This document shows, one piece after another, positions 27,601 to 36,381 of a DNA stretch of 64,000 nucleotides. This DNA comes from a virus. The DNA lies in IMG/VR virus record IMGVR_UViG_3300031951_000093, positions 15,994 through 79,993 of that record; one strand, 5' to 3'. Below the pieces are notes generated by a model. That model was given only the letters and a program-made list of their open reading frames with translations. It did not search any database and had not been told where the DNA came from. The position numbers and the translations under genes are program-made. Every line of letters starts with the position of its first letter. Position 1 is the first letter of the stretch.

Positions 27601-27983
27601 GCCACCTTAAAATCCTCGCCGCAATCCTCTGCCCATGCGCCGCGATCCTTTGCCTATGGTGGTTAATCCACCGGCAGAATGGGGTGATCGAAAAACAAAA
27701 GGCTTCTATTTCTGTGCTAGCTGAATTAATTAAAGATCATCGAAAAAAGCTGGCAGGTGCAGGCGTTTGCCGCTTTCATGCAATGCCGCAATGTGATGAT
27801 TTGCTGCATGGTAAATGCTGGCTCACGTGGCCAAACTGCAAGGGTTGGATATTTGACAGTCCAAGTGAATGCACCAATTGGAGTCACTGGCTGCCTTATT
27901 GGTTCATTCCCCTGGTTACCGCGCCAACCGAGCCTCTCCGTCATGACAGCAAGCCCGCAAAGCCTTGGGAGGGCCAGCCATGA
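27597..27983 (+). CDS. hypothetical membrane-anchored protein
   Basis: ATGA-coupled, N-terminal TM. Confidence 0.65.
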   Translation: MSHLKILAAILCPCAAILCLWWLIHRQNGVIEKQKASISVLAELIKDHRKKLAGAGVCRFHAMPQCDDLLHGKCWLTWPNCKGWIFDSPSECTNWSHWLPYWFIPLVTAPTEPLRHDSKPAKPWEGQP

Positions 27984-28183
27984 CCACCTGCAACACCTGC
28001 AACAACACCATCCCAGACCCCGCTGAGGAATGGCCCGACGGCAATGGCGGCACCATCTGCCAGGAGTGCTGGGAGACTGAGTCTTCCCGGATGTGGTGGG
28101 CGGCGGTGATCCCCCTCGATCAAGCGGATGCGCTGGGGGCGAGTGGAACGGCGGCGTGGGAGGGGCAACCATGCTCGCCCTAA
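27980..28183 (+). CDS. small zinc-finger protein (CNTC...CQEC)
   Basis: ATGA-coupled, CxxC pair. Confidence 0.6.
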   Translation: MTTCNTCNNTIPDPAEEWPDGNGGTICQECWETESSRMWWAAVIPLDQADALGASGTAAWEGQPCSP

Positions 28184-28268
28184 GCGTCATGCCGTTGGGC
28201 TGATCGTTGCTCCTGCGGTCCGCCAGAGCCGCGCCCAATCTGGCATCATTCCATCACATCCACACCCC

Positions 28269-28634
28269 ATGCCCACCCTCAGATTTGAAGGCTACAGCGA
28301 CGACACGTTCGGTGAATACGCTCACACGAACAATGACTACGACAACTGCGCCAGTGGCGAGTCGATCGAGTTTCTTGTGGAAGATCCGTCAACAGGCTTT
28401 GCCTTAATTGTGACTGGACAACATTGCCCTGGCAACTCTTTTGGCTGGTTGATTGGTGTTTCAAATGGAAATACAAAGTTGCCATTTCCGAGTTGGCCGA
28501 TGAAATTTCAGCCACAAAAATTTCAGCCACAAGAAGAACCCTTCTTTGCTGATCCATGTTTAGTAATTGAAGCACCCGACGGCGTGCTTTTGCGCTGCCT
28601 GACCAGGGAAGTGGCAGCAATCCACCACCAATAG
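28269..28634 (+). CDS. hypothetical phage protein (LRFEGYSDDTFGEY)
   Basis: ORF. Confidence 0.7.
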   Translation: MPTLRFEGYSDDTFGEYAHTNNDYDNCASGESIEFLVEDPSTGFALIVTGQHCPGNSFGWLIGVSNGNTKLPFPSWPMKFQPQKFQPQEEPFFADPCLVIEAPDGVLLRCLTREVAAIHHQ

Positions 28635-28645
28635 GAGGTAATTAA

Positions 28646-28836
28646 ATGGCCGCCACCGATTTAATACGACTACAAGGCGCCAACGCGCGCGCGGCTGGTG
28701 TTGATTATTTTTCAAATCCCTTCACGTCATTAGATCGGGTTCCGCCGCAACTGGGGAGGACATTGGCGATTGGGCCGCCAAAGTTAGGGCTTGGTGGGAT
28801 GGGTGGGAAGTCGAAGACTTTTTAAGGCACGATTAA
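28646..28836 (+). pseudogene. frameshifted small CrpP-related-like phage gene
   Basis: GGAGG SD; QGANARAAG...NPF, then AATGEDIGDWAAKVRAWWDGW continues in another frame after about 28745. Confidence 0.55.
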
Positions 28837-28964
28837 TTAGCGGCTCGTCATGGCAAGCAATATGGTGTTTATTTGTGTCCACATTGTGATGGCACACATT
28901 TAACTACCAAACTTGAAAATGCTGATTTATACGAGCCGTTACTTTATGTAACATCTTGAGCAGT

Positions 28965-29038
28965 GTTACGGATTGTTTCAACGCCAGCCATCAGCAGACT
29001 TGATGGCTGATAATTAGTTCACGGGGCAGAGATGCTCC
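28965..29038 (+). promoter_or_regulatory. HLR1-like repeat, -10 and GAGA hairpin
   Basis: GTTACGGA-TT-GTTTCAAC, GATAAT at 34 nt, GGGGCA-GAGA-TGCTCC. Confidence 0.8.
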
Positions 29039-29059
29039 ACAATCTTGGCCCCCAATTCA

Positions 29060-29479
29060 ATGAACTCCCCTCAATTAGTCTTTATTCACAACGGATACTG
29101 GTATTCATACTACGAACCTAACGACATGAAAGAAGTTGTACTGTGGACAAGATATAAACTTAAGCCCGTTAGCGGCGAGAGCGTGCCGGTGAATGGTAGG
29201 CACAAAGCAATTGTCATTGATAGTAATATCTTAAGAATCATATCTGGCGGAGAATGGTACGGAGAATCAGTAATAAACTCTAATTTGAGTGATTTTAAGT
29301 TTGAATTTGATGATCAATACCATGATGACTTCAAGGCTGGCGCAACAAGAGGATTCACTGGCAAACGCGCATGTCATCGTGATTTTTATTATCGCCAGTG
29401 TGATGACTGGAGATCTGGATATGATGAGGGCCGCAGAGCACGCCTAGCAGCGATTGAAAAGGCTAAGCTGCCCTTTTGA
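29060..29479 (+). CDS. hypothetical protein (cassette gene)
   Basis: ORF after promoter. Confidence 0.7.
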   Translation: MNSPQLVFIHNGYWYSYYEPNDMKEVVLWTRYKLKPVSGESVPVNGRHKAIVIDSNILRIISGGEWYGESVINSNLSDFKFEFDDQYHDDFKAGATRGFTGKRACHRDFYYRQCDDWRSGYDEGRRARLAAIEKAKLPF

Positions 29480-29493
29480 TGATAAAATCTAAC

Positions 29494-29603
29494 CCTTGGT
29501 CGTCCCATCATCCGTAAGGGGGGAGCCGTGGCTGTTTTTTGGGGGCAGCCTGGAACGGTATCGAAGGCCAAGGGCGCCGCAGGGCACCGCCCGCTCTGCG
29601 GCT
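29494..29603 (+). ncRNA. candidate structured RNA 5' of tRNA-Thr
   Basis: CCCTTGGTC/GGCCAAGGG closing a multi-branch fold plus GCCGCAGGGC/GCTCTGCGGC hairpin. Confidence 0.45.
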
Positions 29604-29605
29604 TC

Positions 29606-29678
29606 GCCGATTTAGCTCAGTTGGTAGAGCAGCGCTTTTGTAAGGCGCTTGTCGCCGGTTCGATTCCGGCAATCGGCT
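29606..29678 (+). tRNA. tRNA-Thr (TGT)
   Basis: GCCGATT/AATCGGC acceptor, TAGCTCAGTTGGTAGAGC D arm, TTTGTAA loop, GGTTCGATTCC. Confidence 0.95.
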
Positions 29679-29707
29679 TTGTATCAAGATGAACAGTTGG
29701 TGAGTTT

Positions 29708-29782
29708 GTTTCAAATTGTTACGACTGGCTTGTGAGTTGCCATCTATGCCCTATGGTGAGTTCACAGGGGCAGAGATGCCCC
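29708..29782 (+). promoter_or_regulatory. HLR1-like repeat, -10 and GAGA hairpin
   Basis: GTTTCAAA-TT-GTTACGAC, TATGGT at 34 nt, GGGGCA-GAGA-TGCCCC. Confidence 0.8.
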
Positions 29783-29800
29783 ACCACCCCAATTTTAATC

Positions 29801-30046
29801 ATGACCCGCCCTGTTCTTTTTTTAACCGGTAACATCACTAATATCACTACTACTAACTACGAAAGCGGCACTTGCTGCACTAAATTTACACTTGAATGCA
29901 CTGCTGGATGCTGGGCTGGAATGCCGGTTCCTTGTGAAGCATGGGGCAAATTAGCCAGTGATGTAGCACAACTTACTTCCGCTTTGTTTGTCGGAGAATT
30001 GATGCTTGGCAGCACGCTATTGATTTCTGAATGGTTTGCTGACTAG
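29801..30046 (+). CDS. minimal SSB-like OB-fold protein
   Basis: LTGNI...YESG...KFTL...CEAWGKLA resembles the SSB core; no acidic tail. Confidence 0.5.
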   Translation: MTRPVLFLTGNITNITTTNYESGTCCTKFTLECTAGCWAGMPVPCEAWGKLASDVAQLTSALFVGELMLGSTLLISEWFAD

Positions 30047-30107
30047 CACACTTGCAAACATGCTTTGCCCCGGCCGATCCGGGGCTTTTTTATGTCTATG
30101 CAGAAGT

Positions 30108-30192
30108 GTTACAGGTTGTGACAATCCTGTTTCAATCCTTTCTCTGTTAGGCCTGTTGGGTTATAATACGAGCACAGGGGCAGAGATGCCCC
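30108..30192 (+). promoter_or_regulatory. triple HLR1-like repeat, -10 and GAGA hairpin
   Basis: GTTACA/GTGACA/GTTTCA, TATAAT at 30162, GGGGCA-GAGA-TGCCCC; terminator about 30067-30091 upstream. Confidence 0.8.
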
Positions 30193-30210
30193 ACCACCCC
30201 AATTTTAAAA

Positions 30211-30489
30211 ATGGCTCGCATCACCATTGCCACCATCAAGCCCGGAACTGTGATTGAAGTTGGTTATCGCGGCAAAAGCATGGGGCCTTCTGAGTTTCTT
30301 GGCTTCGGCACGGATGACGAAACCGCATCGTTTGCATCTTTAGCTCAACTCAGGTGCAATGTTGCAGATGAAGATGCTCACCGTGCGATCTTTCGAGACG
30401 TGAAAGATGGGTCCACCTGGGCGGCTTATAGGCTCAACAAACGTTGGGTCGTGGGCACATCTGCGGATTACCTGCAGTTTTTTGCTTGA
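30211..30489 (+). CDS. small hypothetical protein (cassette gene)
   Basis: ORF, terminator about 30514-30537. Confidence 0.75.
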   Translation: MARITIATIKPGTVIEVGYRGKSMGPSEFLGFGTDDETASFASLAQLRCNVADEDAHRAIFRDVKDGSTWAAYRLNKRWVVGTSADYLQFFA

Positions 30490-30567
30490 CTTATTTGTTT
30501 TGTGATACGCATTGCTCCGGTCAATCCGGGGCTTTTTAATGTAGGATACAGGCGTTGCATTCGCTCA

Positions 30568-31185
30568 GTGCTTAAAAACGATCGCTGGATCAGGGAGCAA
30601 GCCGCCCAAGGGATGATCGAGCCGTTCGCGCCGGAGCTGGTGCGGGAGGTGGAACTGGTGGAGCCCGGCCATGCTCCGTTTGGTCACAGGCAGCGCCCCG
30701 TCCTCTCCTACGGAACTGGCTCTTACGGCTACGACCTACGGCTCTCGCCGAGAGAGTTCCTGATCTTCCGGCATGTGCCGGGAACCGTCATGAATCCCAA
30801 GCGCTTCAATCCGGCGAACCTTGAGCCCGTTGACCTGCACCATGATGAGGATGGCGCGTATTTCATCCTGCCCGCTCACTCCTATGGGCTGGGTGTGGCG
30901 CTAGAAAGGCTGCGTGTGCCGTCCAATATCACGGTAATCTGCCTAGGAAAGAGCACCTACGCACGGCTGGGGATCATCACAAATATGACACCTGCTGAAG
31001 CTAGTTGGGAGGGGCATTTAACGCTTGAATTCTCTAACTCATCTGGCGCAGATTGTCGAGTTTACGCGGAGGAGGGCATCTGCCAACTTCTATTCTTTGA
31101 AGGTGATCCGTGTGATACTACCTATCAAGATCGCAAGGGAAAATATCAGCACCAGCCTGAGCGCGTCATTATTGCAAGGGTCTAA
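30568..31185 (+). CDS. dcd: dCTP deaminase (cyanobacterial type)
   Basis: LKNDRWI, LSYGTGSYGYDLRL, GKSTYARLG, EGICQLLFF, YQDRKGKYQ. Confidence 0.95.
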   Translation: MLKNDRWIREQAAQGMIEPFAPELVREVELVEPGHAPFGHRQRPVLSYGTGSYGYDLRLSPREFLIFRHVPGTVMNPKRFNPANLEPVDLHHDEDGAYFILPAHSYGLGVALERLRVPSNITVICLGKSTYARLGIITNMTPAEASWEGHLTLEFSNSSGADCRVYAEEGICQLLFFEGDPCDTTYQDRKGKYQHQPERVIIARV

Positions 31186-31571
31186 TGCAACAAATCAAAA
31201 TGAAGAAAGCAATCAACAAGCGTAAGATTGCTTCATCCGCCAGGCGTGATCCTGGTACGTTGATTCAATTTGGGGCATATATTTTCCCAATCAATGATAT
31301 AGCAAGAATTGAGGATAAAGTTAAAAAATTGTACGATCATGAATCGGATCAGCAGATAGGGTGGACATTTTCTGTCGTATTGAAAAATGGTGATATTTTA
31401 TTGTGGGAAATTGACGAAAGAGACTATGACGACCAAGAAGCTTTGATGGATTATTATACTCAATCGAAGGAGTACGCCGAAGCATTACGAATTGCAACAA
31501 TTCAGCTTGTGTGGGGATCAGACGTTACAATAGTGAGGCCCGAAGACACTATCCATGACGACTCCGTTTGA
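31185..31571 (+). CDS. hypothetical protein
   Basis: coupled ORF; IFPINDIARI similar to IFPLKDIQRV in next gene. Confidence 0.65.
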   Translation: MQQIKMKKAINKRKIASSARRDPGTLIQFGAYIFPINDIARIEDKVKKLYDHESDQQIGWTFSVVLKNGDILLWEIDERDYDDQEALMDYYTQSKEYAEALRIATIQLVWGSDVTIVRPEDTIHDDSV

Positions 31572-31863
31572 TTCTCTGGTCTCTGTTTATGGGGACATAT
31601 TTCCGCTGAAGGATATTCAGCGCGTTGGGCCGTTGTATTGGGTGATAACAGAATCATGTCCGGCAGTTATTCAGTACGAAATCCATCTCTGCACTGGGGA
31701 GATTGCTGTGATTAGATACAATACAGGTCAATATATTAAAAATATGATGGACTGGAATCAAGTAGAACAAGGTCGTCAACAGATCATTGATGCACGCTGG
31801 CCAACGATGCACAAAATTGTTATCCCGGATCCAGCGATAGAGAGGCAAGGTGATGACTGTTAA
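31555..31863 (+). CDS. hypothetical protein
   Basis: coupled ORF. Confidence 0.65.
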   Translation: MTTPFDSLVSVYGDIFPLKDIQRVGPLYWVITESCPAVIQYEIHLCTGEIAVIRYNTGQYIKNMMDWNQVEQGRQQIIDARWPTMHKIVIPDPAIERQGDDC

Positions 31864-32079
31864 ATCTATGCCAATCTGGCTTGAAGCCTACATAGCGGCA
31901 GAAAAAGAAAAATTTAATAAGTTTTCAAAAGCCATAAAGCCACGTACGAGAAAGTATTACTTGCTGAAAATTTCTTGTTCATTGATAGCTATTGGATCTA
32001 GCGATAGGGAGGCAAGGCGAGGTATTGAGACGAGCCAATAATGAAATGTCTTAATTCTTAACCACGACTCACTAACCCC

Positions 32080-32907
32080 ATGGGCGACTCAAGCGGCCTT
32101 CCCGCAAAAGCAGTCTTCATCCGACAGCTATCCGGTCCTTTAGCAAAAGAATGGAATGCCTGTAAACAAAGCGACAGCCTATGTTTATACTACGAAATTG
32201 ATGGACTGCGACGCATTCTTCATGATTTATCCCACCCAGATGCGATCAACTACCGGGAGCTTGCTGGTGATCGTTATGTTCCACTTGGATCCATGCAATT
32301 TGTACCATTTGGATCTGTTGAGTTTACGCAAGAATACTGTAAGCAAATGGGCATTGTTTTGCCTCCCAACTTTTCTTATGGTGTGCATCCTGGTCAACTG
32401 GATGAGTTTTTATTGCGCAGGGTAACAAGACATCCTTATGATGATGTTGCAAACGATAGATTCATTAAACCAGTCAAACTTAAGTTGTTTGATGCTGGAA
32501 AAAAGGCAGATATTACAAATAGTGCTTATCATATTAACCCAGATGTGTGGGCTTCAAAATTTGTACAGCTTGGGGCAGAATTTAGGTACTATATTCATAA
32601 AGGTAAAATACTAGGATGGTGCCGATATGATGCTTTGAACGAAGACTACCCTGATCCTGATCATAAGCTAGTTGAAGCCATTGTAAGTAAAATTAACGCA
32701 ACAAGCGACGCAGTGCCTATCGCTTATTCTGTTGATATTGGGTACAGAGTAGACCTTGATCGCTATTGCCTGGTTGAGATGAATGATTTTTGGTCGCTTG
32801 GATGGTATACCTATAAAGATTCGCAATCAAAGCCGATCACAGCAGAGCAATATGCTCAAGCGGTGGTTGATCGGTGGTTGCAGATCTCTACTCCATTAAT
32901 CCCATGA
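32080..32907 (+). CDS. ATP-grasp domain protein (DUF4343/R2K-like)
   Basis: FIKPV..KLF, EFRYYI..G.I, YSVDIG, LVEMNDFWSLG. Confidence 0.75.
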   Translation: MGDSSGLPAKAVFIRQLSGPLAKEWNACKQSDSLCLYYEIDGLRRILHDLSHPDAINYRELAGDRYVPLGSMQFVPFGSVEFTQEYCKQMGIVLPPNFSYGVHPGQLDEFLLRRVTRHPYDDVANDRFIKPVKLKLFDAGKKADITNSAYHINPDVWASKFVQLGAEFRYYIHKGKILGWCRYDALNEDYPDPDHKLVEAIVSKINATSDAVPIAYSVDIGYRVDLDRYCLVEMNDFWSLGWYTYKDSQSKPITAEQYAQAVVDRWLQISTPLIP

Positions 32908-33200
32908 ACATTCTTCACGTTTCCCGTCAGACCTACAGCGAAGTGGTGATCAGGCGTGTAGACTGCCCTACGTGCAAGCGCATTAGGTTTATGGTCATCA
33001 CACATGCGCCATGGTATGATACAGACCGCACCTGTCTTCGATGCGGCGAACGATGGGACGTGGATGGCACCAGGGCCGATAGGCCATTTGAACGCGGATG
33101 GCGCAAAAAATCAATCCAAGCCGCCAAAGATCTTTACCGCAAGTATCATCCAAAAACAACTCACAACCGCAACTCAATTCATCAAGGACAAACAAAATGA
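32904..33200 (+). CDS. zinc-ribbon protein
   Basis: CPTC...CLRCG. Confidence 0.65.
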   Translation: MNILHVSRQTYSEVVIRRVDCPTCKRIRFMVITHAPWYDTDRTCLRCGERWDVDGTRADRPFERGWRKKSIQAAKDLYRKYHPKTTHNRNSIHQGQTK

Positions 33201-33439
33201 AACCATTTGACTATTATTCCAAGCCACAGACGTCATTTAAAAAGCATCGGGACAGGCATAACGAAGAATCATGCAGACTTCATCAGCAATTTATATCTGA
33301 TCTTTATGCTGAATTTGATGTCAGCGACCATCCCAAAAAAGGCGAGGTGTTTGGCCTTGCGTGGGAGTATGGACATGCGGGTGGACACGAGAATGTCTAT
33401 AATTATTTTGTGGATTTAGTTGAACTTATTAAAGATTGA
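33197..33439 (+). CDS. hypothetical phage protein (LAWEYGHAGG)
   Basis: ATGA-coupled ORF. Confidence 0.7.
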   Translation: MKPFDYYSKPQTSFKKHRDRHNEESCRLHQQFISDLYAEFDVSDHPKKGEVFGLAWEYGHAGGHENVYNYFVDLVELIKD

Positions 33440-33441
33440 TC

Positions 33442-33738
33442 ATGCCATTCTTTGCCCCAAATCACGCTATCATTGAAGCTATTGAATATGACGGCACACC
33501 GCAATGCGCGAGCGAAATTGCTAAATGGGCCAAGCCTCAAATTGTTAGGCCGGGGATCTCAGTTAGCTTTGCCGATAGCAAGCTTTTTGTGCTTTATTTT
33601 GATCGCGCCCAGTCAATGACTGACGCGCGAGAGATTAGCAAGGGTGACTATATTGCTATTGAACATGGAAGGCCTATTGTAATTTCTGGCGAAGAATTCA
33701 AATCCGAATACGAGCTTGTTCCTTTGCTGGATGATTGA
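33442..33738 (+). CDS. phage protein (IEAIEYDG...GDYI...FKSEYE family)
   Basis: motif typical of a common small phage family. Confidence 0.7.
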   Translation: MPFFAPNHAIIEAIEYDGTPQCASEIAKWAKPQIVRPGISVSFADSKLFVLYFDRAQSMTDAREISKGDYIAIEHGRPIVISGEEFKSEYELVPLLDD

Positions 33739-33799
33739 CTAAGAATCATAGCAATTAGGCCGCGATTAGTGCTACAATTAAGGCGTGTCTTAGGTCTTT

Positions 33800-35452
33800 A
33801 TGAGTTCGTTTCCGCGCATAGACATGCTGTCAGTTGCCGCAAGGGATGCCTATGATGGCTTCTCCTTGCTTGGCGTGCTCGAAACACAACATCGAATAGA
33901 GACAGCAAGATCCGCTGAAGTTGAGCCTTATGCCGAATCGTTTAGGACGTATATTAAAACATCTTATCCAAGGTTTCCATTTACAAAGCACACAAATAGA
34001 CTGATTGATATTGCCCAGCGTGTTGCCGATGGTGATCTGCCTAGGCTTATGGTGGAACTCCCGCCTAGGCATTGGAAATCTACGATATTTTCTAGATTTT
34101 TGCCTGGTTATTGCATTAGAAGGTTTCCTGACCGTAGCGCTGGTATTTGTTGTCATACACAAGATCTTGCGACAGGATTTAGTGAGAATGCACGGGATTA
34201 TTTTGTAGCATCTGGAGGGATCCTGCGGGCTTCCCTGCGTGGCAAGGAAGAGTGGGGACCCGATGATGGGATCGGGAGCTGCTGGACTGCTGGGGTCGGC
34301 AAGGGTACGGGCAAACCGGGTCATTTTTTGTTTGTGGATGATCCGATCAAATCCAGGGAGCAGGCAGAATCAGCGGCATATCGGCGGCAGATTCACTCAT
34401 GGTGGGATTCGGTGCTGAGCACACGAGAGGAGCCTGGTAGCTCAATGGTGATTGTTCATACTAGATGGCATGAATATGATCTAATTGGCTACTTGCTGGA
34501 GAAGAATTTAGAACTTGAAAAAGAAGGTCTTGAAACCGAATGTGAGCGCTGGCATGTTATATCGCTACCCATTGAAGCATTGCCCGCGAATGATATTAAG
34601 CCATTGCCTTCTAGTGTAACGAGAGAGATTGATTCAAGAAATGTTGGAGAACCGCTAGATCCCGATAGATTTGGTCAAAAGTTTATCAAAAGGAAGCGTG
34701 CAAACACTCCTCCGAGGGACTGGGAGGCAATCTATCAGCAGAGGCCAAGCGCTGGCGCGGGTACCGTATTCTTCAAAGATCGCCTCGCCTTCTATAGCTG
34801 TGATCACTGGAGAGGATTAGAAGGTGACCCAATCCTGCCACAACAATTTATCCGTAAGATTCTATCTGTAGATTGCACATTTGATGATACAGCAGGTAGC
34901 GATATGGTCGCTATGGGATTATATGGGCAGACTGAGCATGGCTTATGGAAGTTAGATCTTGTCAACGAAAGATTAGACTTTCCAAAGACCTTAAATATGA
35001 TCAAAACACTTTACAAAAAGCATTATTTTAATGAGTTGTTGATTGAGAAGAAAGCTAATGGCGCTGGCATCATCAAGATGCTCGAATCTGAGCAGTCCCA
35101 TGGCTTCCGGGTGGTTGCTGCTGGCGTCGGAGAGATGGGCTCGAAAGAGGGCCGGGCTAATGCTGCCAGTGTAGAAGTAAATAGCGGCCGCGTGCTGTTG
35201 CCAAGGTCAGCTCCGTGGACAAATGAGTGCATAGATCAGCTCACTAAGTTCCCATCTGGTGTACATGATGATATTGTGGATGAAGTAAGCCAGGTTGTGA
35301 TTTATGTCACTGGAAGTGGGCCATTGAAGTTTGAAACCGTAAGTTGGGGATATGGCGTAGCAATGATACCAGGAAGTGGCGGAAATAGCCATGGAATAGG
35401 ATATAATCAAGCTGCCATGATTGGCGCTCAAAATGGAGTTTACAGCCGATGA
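33800..35452 (+). CDS. terL: terminase large subunit
   Basis: LPPRHWKST Walker A, FVDDPIK, HTRWHEYDL, SVDC, IEKKANG, FPSGVHDDIVD. Confidence 0.95.
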   Translation: MSSFPRIDMLSVAARDAYDGFSLLGVLETQHRIETARSAEVEPYAESFRTYIKTSYPRFPFTKHTNRLIDIAQRVADGDLPRLMVELPPRHWKSTIFSRFLPGYCIRRFPDRSAGICCHTQDLATGFSENARDYFVASGGILRASLRGKEEWGPDDGIGSCWTAGVGKGTGKPGHFLFVDDPIKSREQAESAAYRRQIHSWWDSVLSTREEPGSSMVIVHTRWHEYDLIGYLLEKNLELEKEGLETECERWHVISLPIEALPANDIKPLPSSVTREIDSRNVGEPLDPDRFGQKFIKRKRANTPPRDWEAIYQQRPSAGAGTVFFKDRLAFYSCDHWRGLEGDPILPQQFIRKILSVDCTFDDTAGSDMVAMGLYGQTEHGLWKLDLVNERLDFPKTLNMIKTLYKKHYFNELLIEKKANGAGIIKMLESEQSHGFRVVAAGVGEMGSKEGRANAASVEVNSGRVLLPRSAPWTNECIDQLTKFPSGVHDDIVDEVSQVVIYVTGSGPLKFETVSWGYGVAMIPGSGGNSHGIGYNQAAMIGAQNGVYSR

Positions 35453-36339
35453 ATCGCCAGTCAACGCAAACACCTAAGGCTGTTGGTGCTCGAAGCACTA
35501 AAGTTCGAGCGGTTAATCATGAAAAGACCGAAGTCAAGACCAAGATTGGATCGCCAACAGAATATAGCGAACAGCTTGCGATAGACAATATCAAGCTAGC
35601 ACAGAAACACGCTCATGTGATGTCAATACGAACAAAGATGCCCTATGAAGACTTATATCAAGTTGCGTTGATTGGCCTGATTAAGGCTTGTCGTAAATAT
35701 GATCCATCCAAGGTTAATCCTGACAATGGCAAGCCATATAAGCTAAGCACAATTGCCGTGCCATTTATTGATGGTGCGATGTATCAATACCTAAGGGATC
35801 GTGGCCATAGCACAGGCGTCAAGTTTCCTGACCGATGGAGAGATAAGGCTAGTATTGTCCGTAAGATGTCTGCGAATGGATCCTGTGTTGAAGATATTGC
35901 AACCGCAACTAACTTACGAGCTGATGAAGTAAATGAAATCCTAACAGCACAAAGCGCACCAGTTGCGCTAGATCCAGAAATCAAGCTGTATTCAAATAGC
36001 ATTGATGATAGCGAATATGAAGACTTTTATGAGCTGATACAAGCGCTAGCAATCGTAGATCGAGCACATGCCGCAATATCAACAATTGATCAAGGATTGC
36101 TGGAAGCAGCATGGAATCATCAGCGCCGTAGGCAGATTGCAACCGGGCCATTTTTTCAATTTATGCAACGCGCCAAGAAGGTGTTGTCTGGTGTTTCGAT
36201 TGTAATTGAAAAGCAAATTGATTTGTCTATTGAAGTCAAAACAGAAGAAAACCTGACGCCCATGTCATCAGGCAGGCGCAGGGTATCAGATCCGAAAGAA
36301 ATAATAGATACTGTAATGAGCCAGCTAGACCTATTTTAA
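35449..36339 (+). CDS. sigma-70 family factor, SigF/SigB-like
   Basis: EDLYQVALIGLIKACRKYDP, STIAVPFIDGAMYQYLRD. Confidence 0.9.
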   Translation: MNRQSTQTPKAVGARSTKVRAVNHEKTEVKTKIGSPTEYSEQLAIDNIKLAQKHAHVMSIRTKMPYEDLYQVALIGLIKACRKYDPSKVNPDNGKPYKLSTIAVPFIDGAMYQYLRDRGHSTGVKFPDRWRDKASIVRKMSANGSCVEDIATATNLRADEVNEILTAQSAPVALDPEIKLYSNSIDDSEYEDFYELIQALAIVDRAHAAISTIDQGLLEAAWNHQRRRQIATGPFFQFMQRAKKVLSGVSIVIEKQIDLSIEVKTEENLTPMSSGRRRVSDPKEIIDTVMSQLDLF

Positions 36340-36346
36340 CTCTTAA

Positions 36347-36356
36347 CGGGAAAACT
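36347..36356 (+). promoter_or_regulatory. late promoter motif CGGGAAAACT (also 37927, 42652, 42862, 44957, 45875, 49270, 54123, 62147)
   Basis: recurs 27-39 nt upstream of late/structural gene starts. Confidence 0.7.
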
Positions 36357-36381
36357 AGCCTAGCATATATGGTAGATAACG

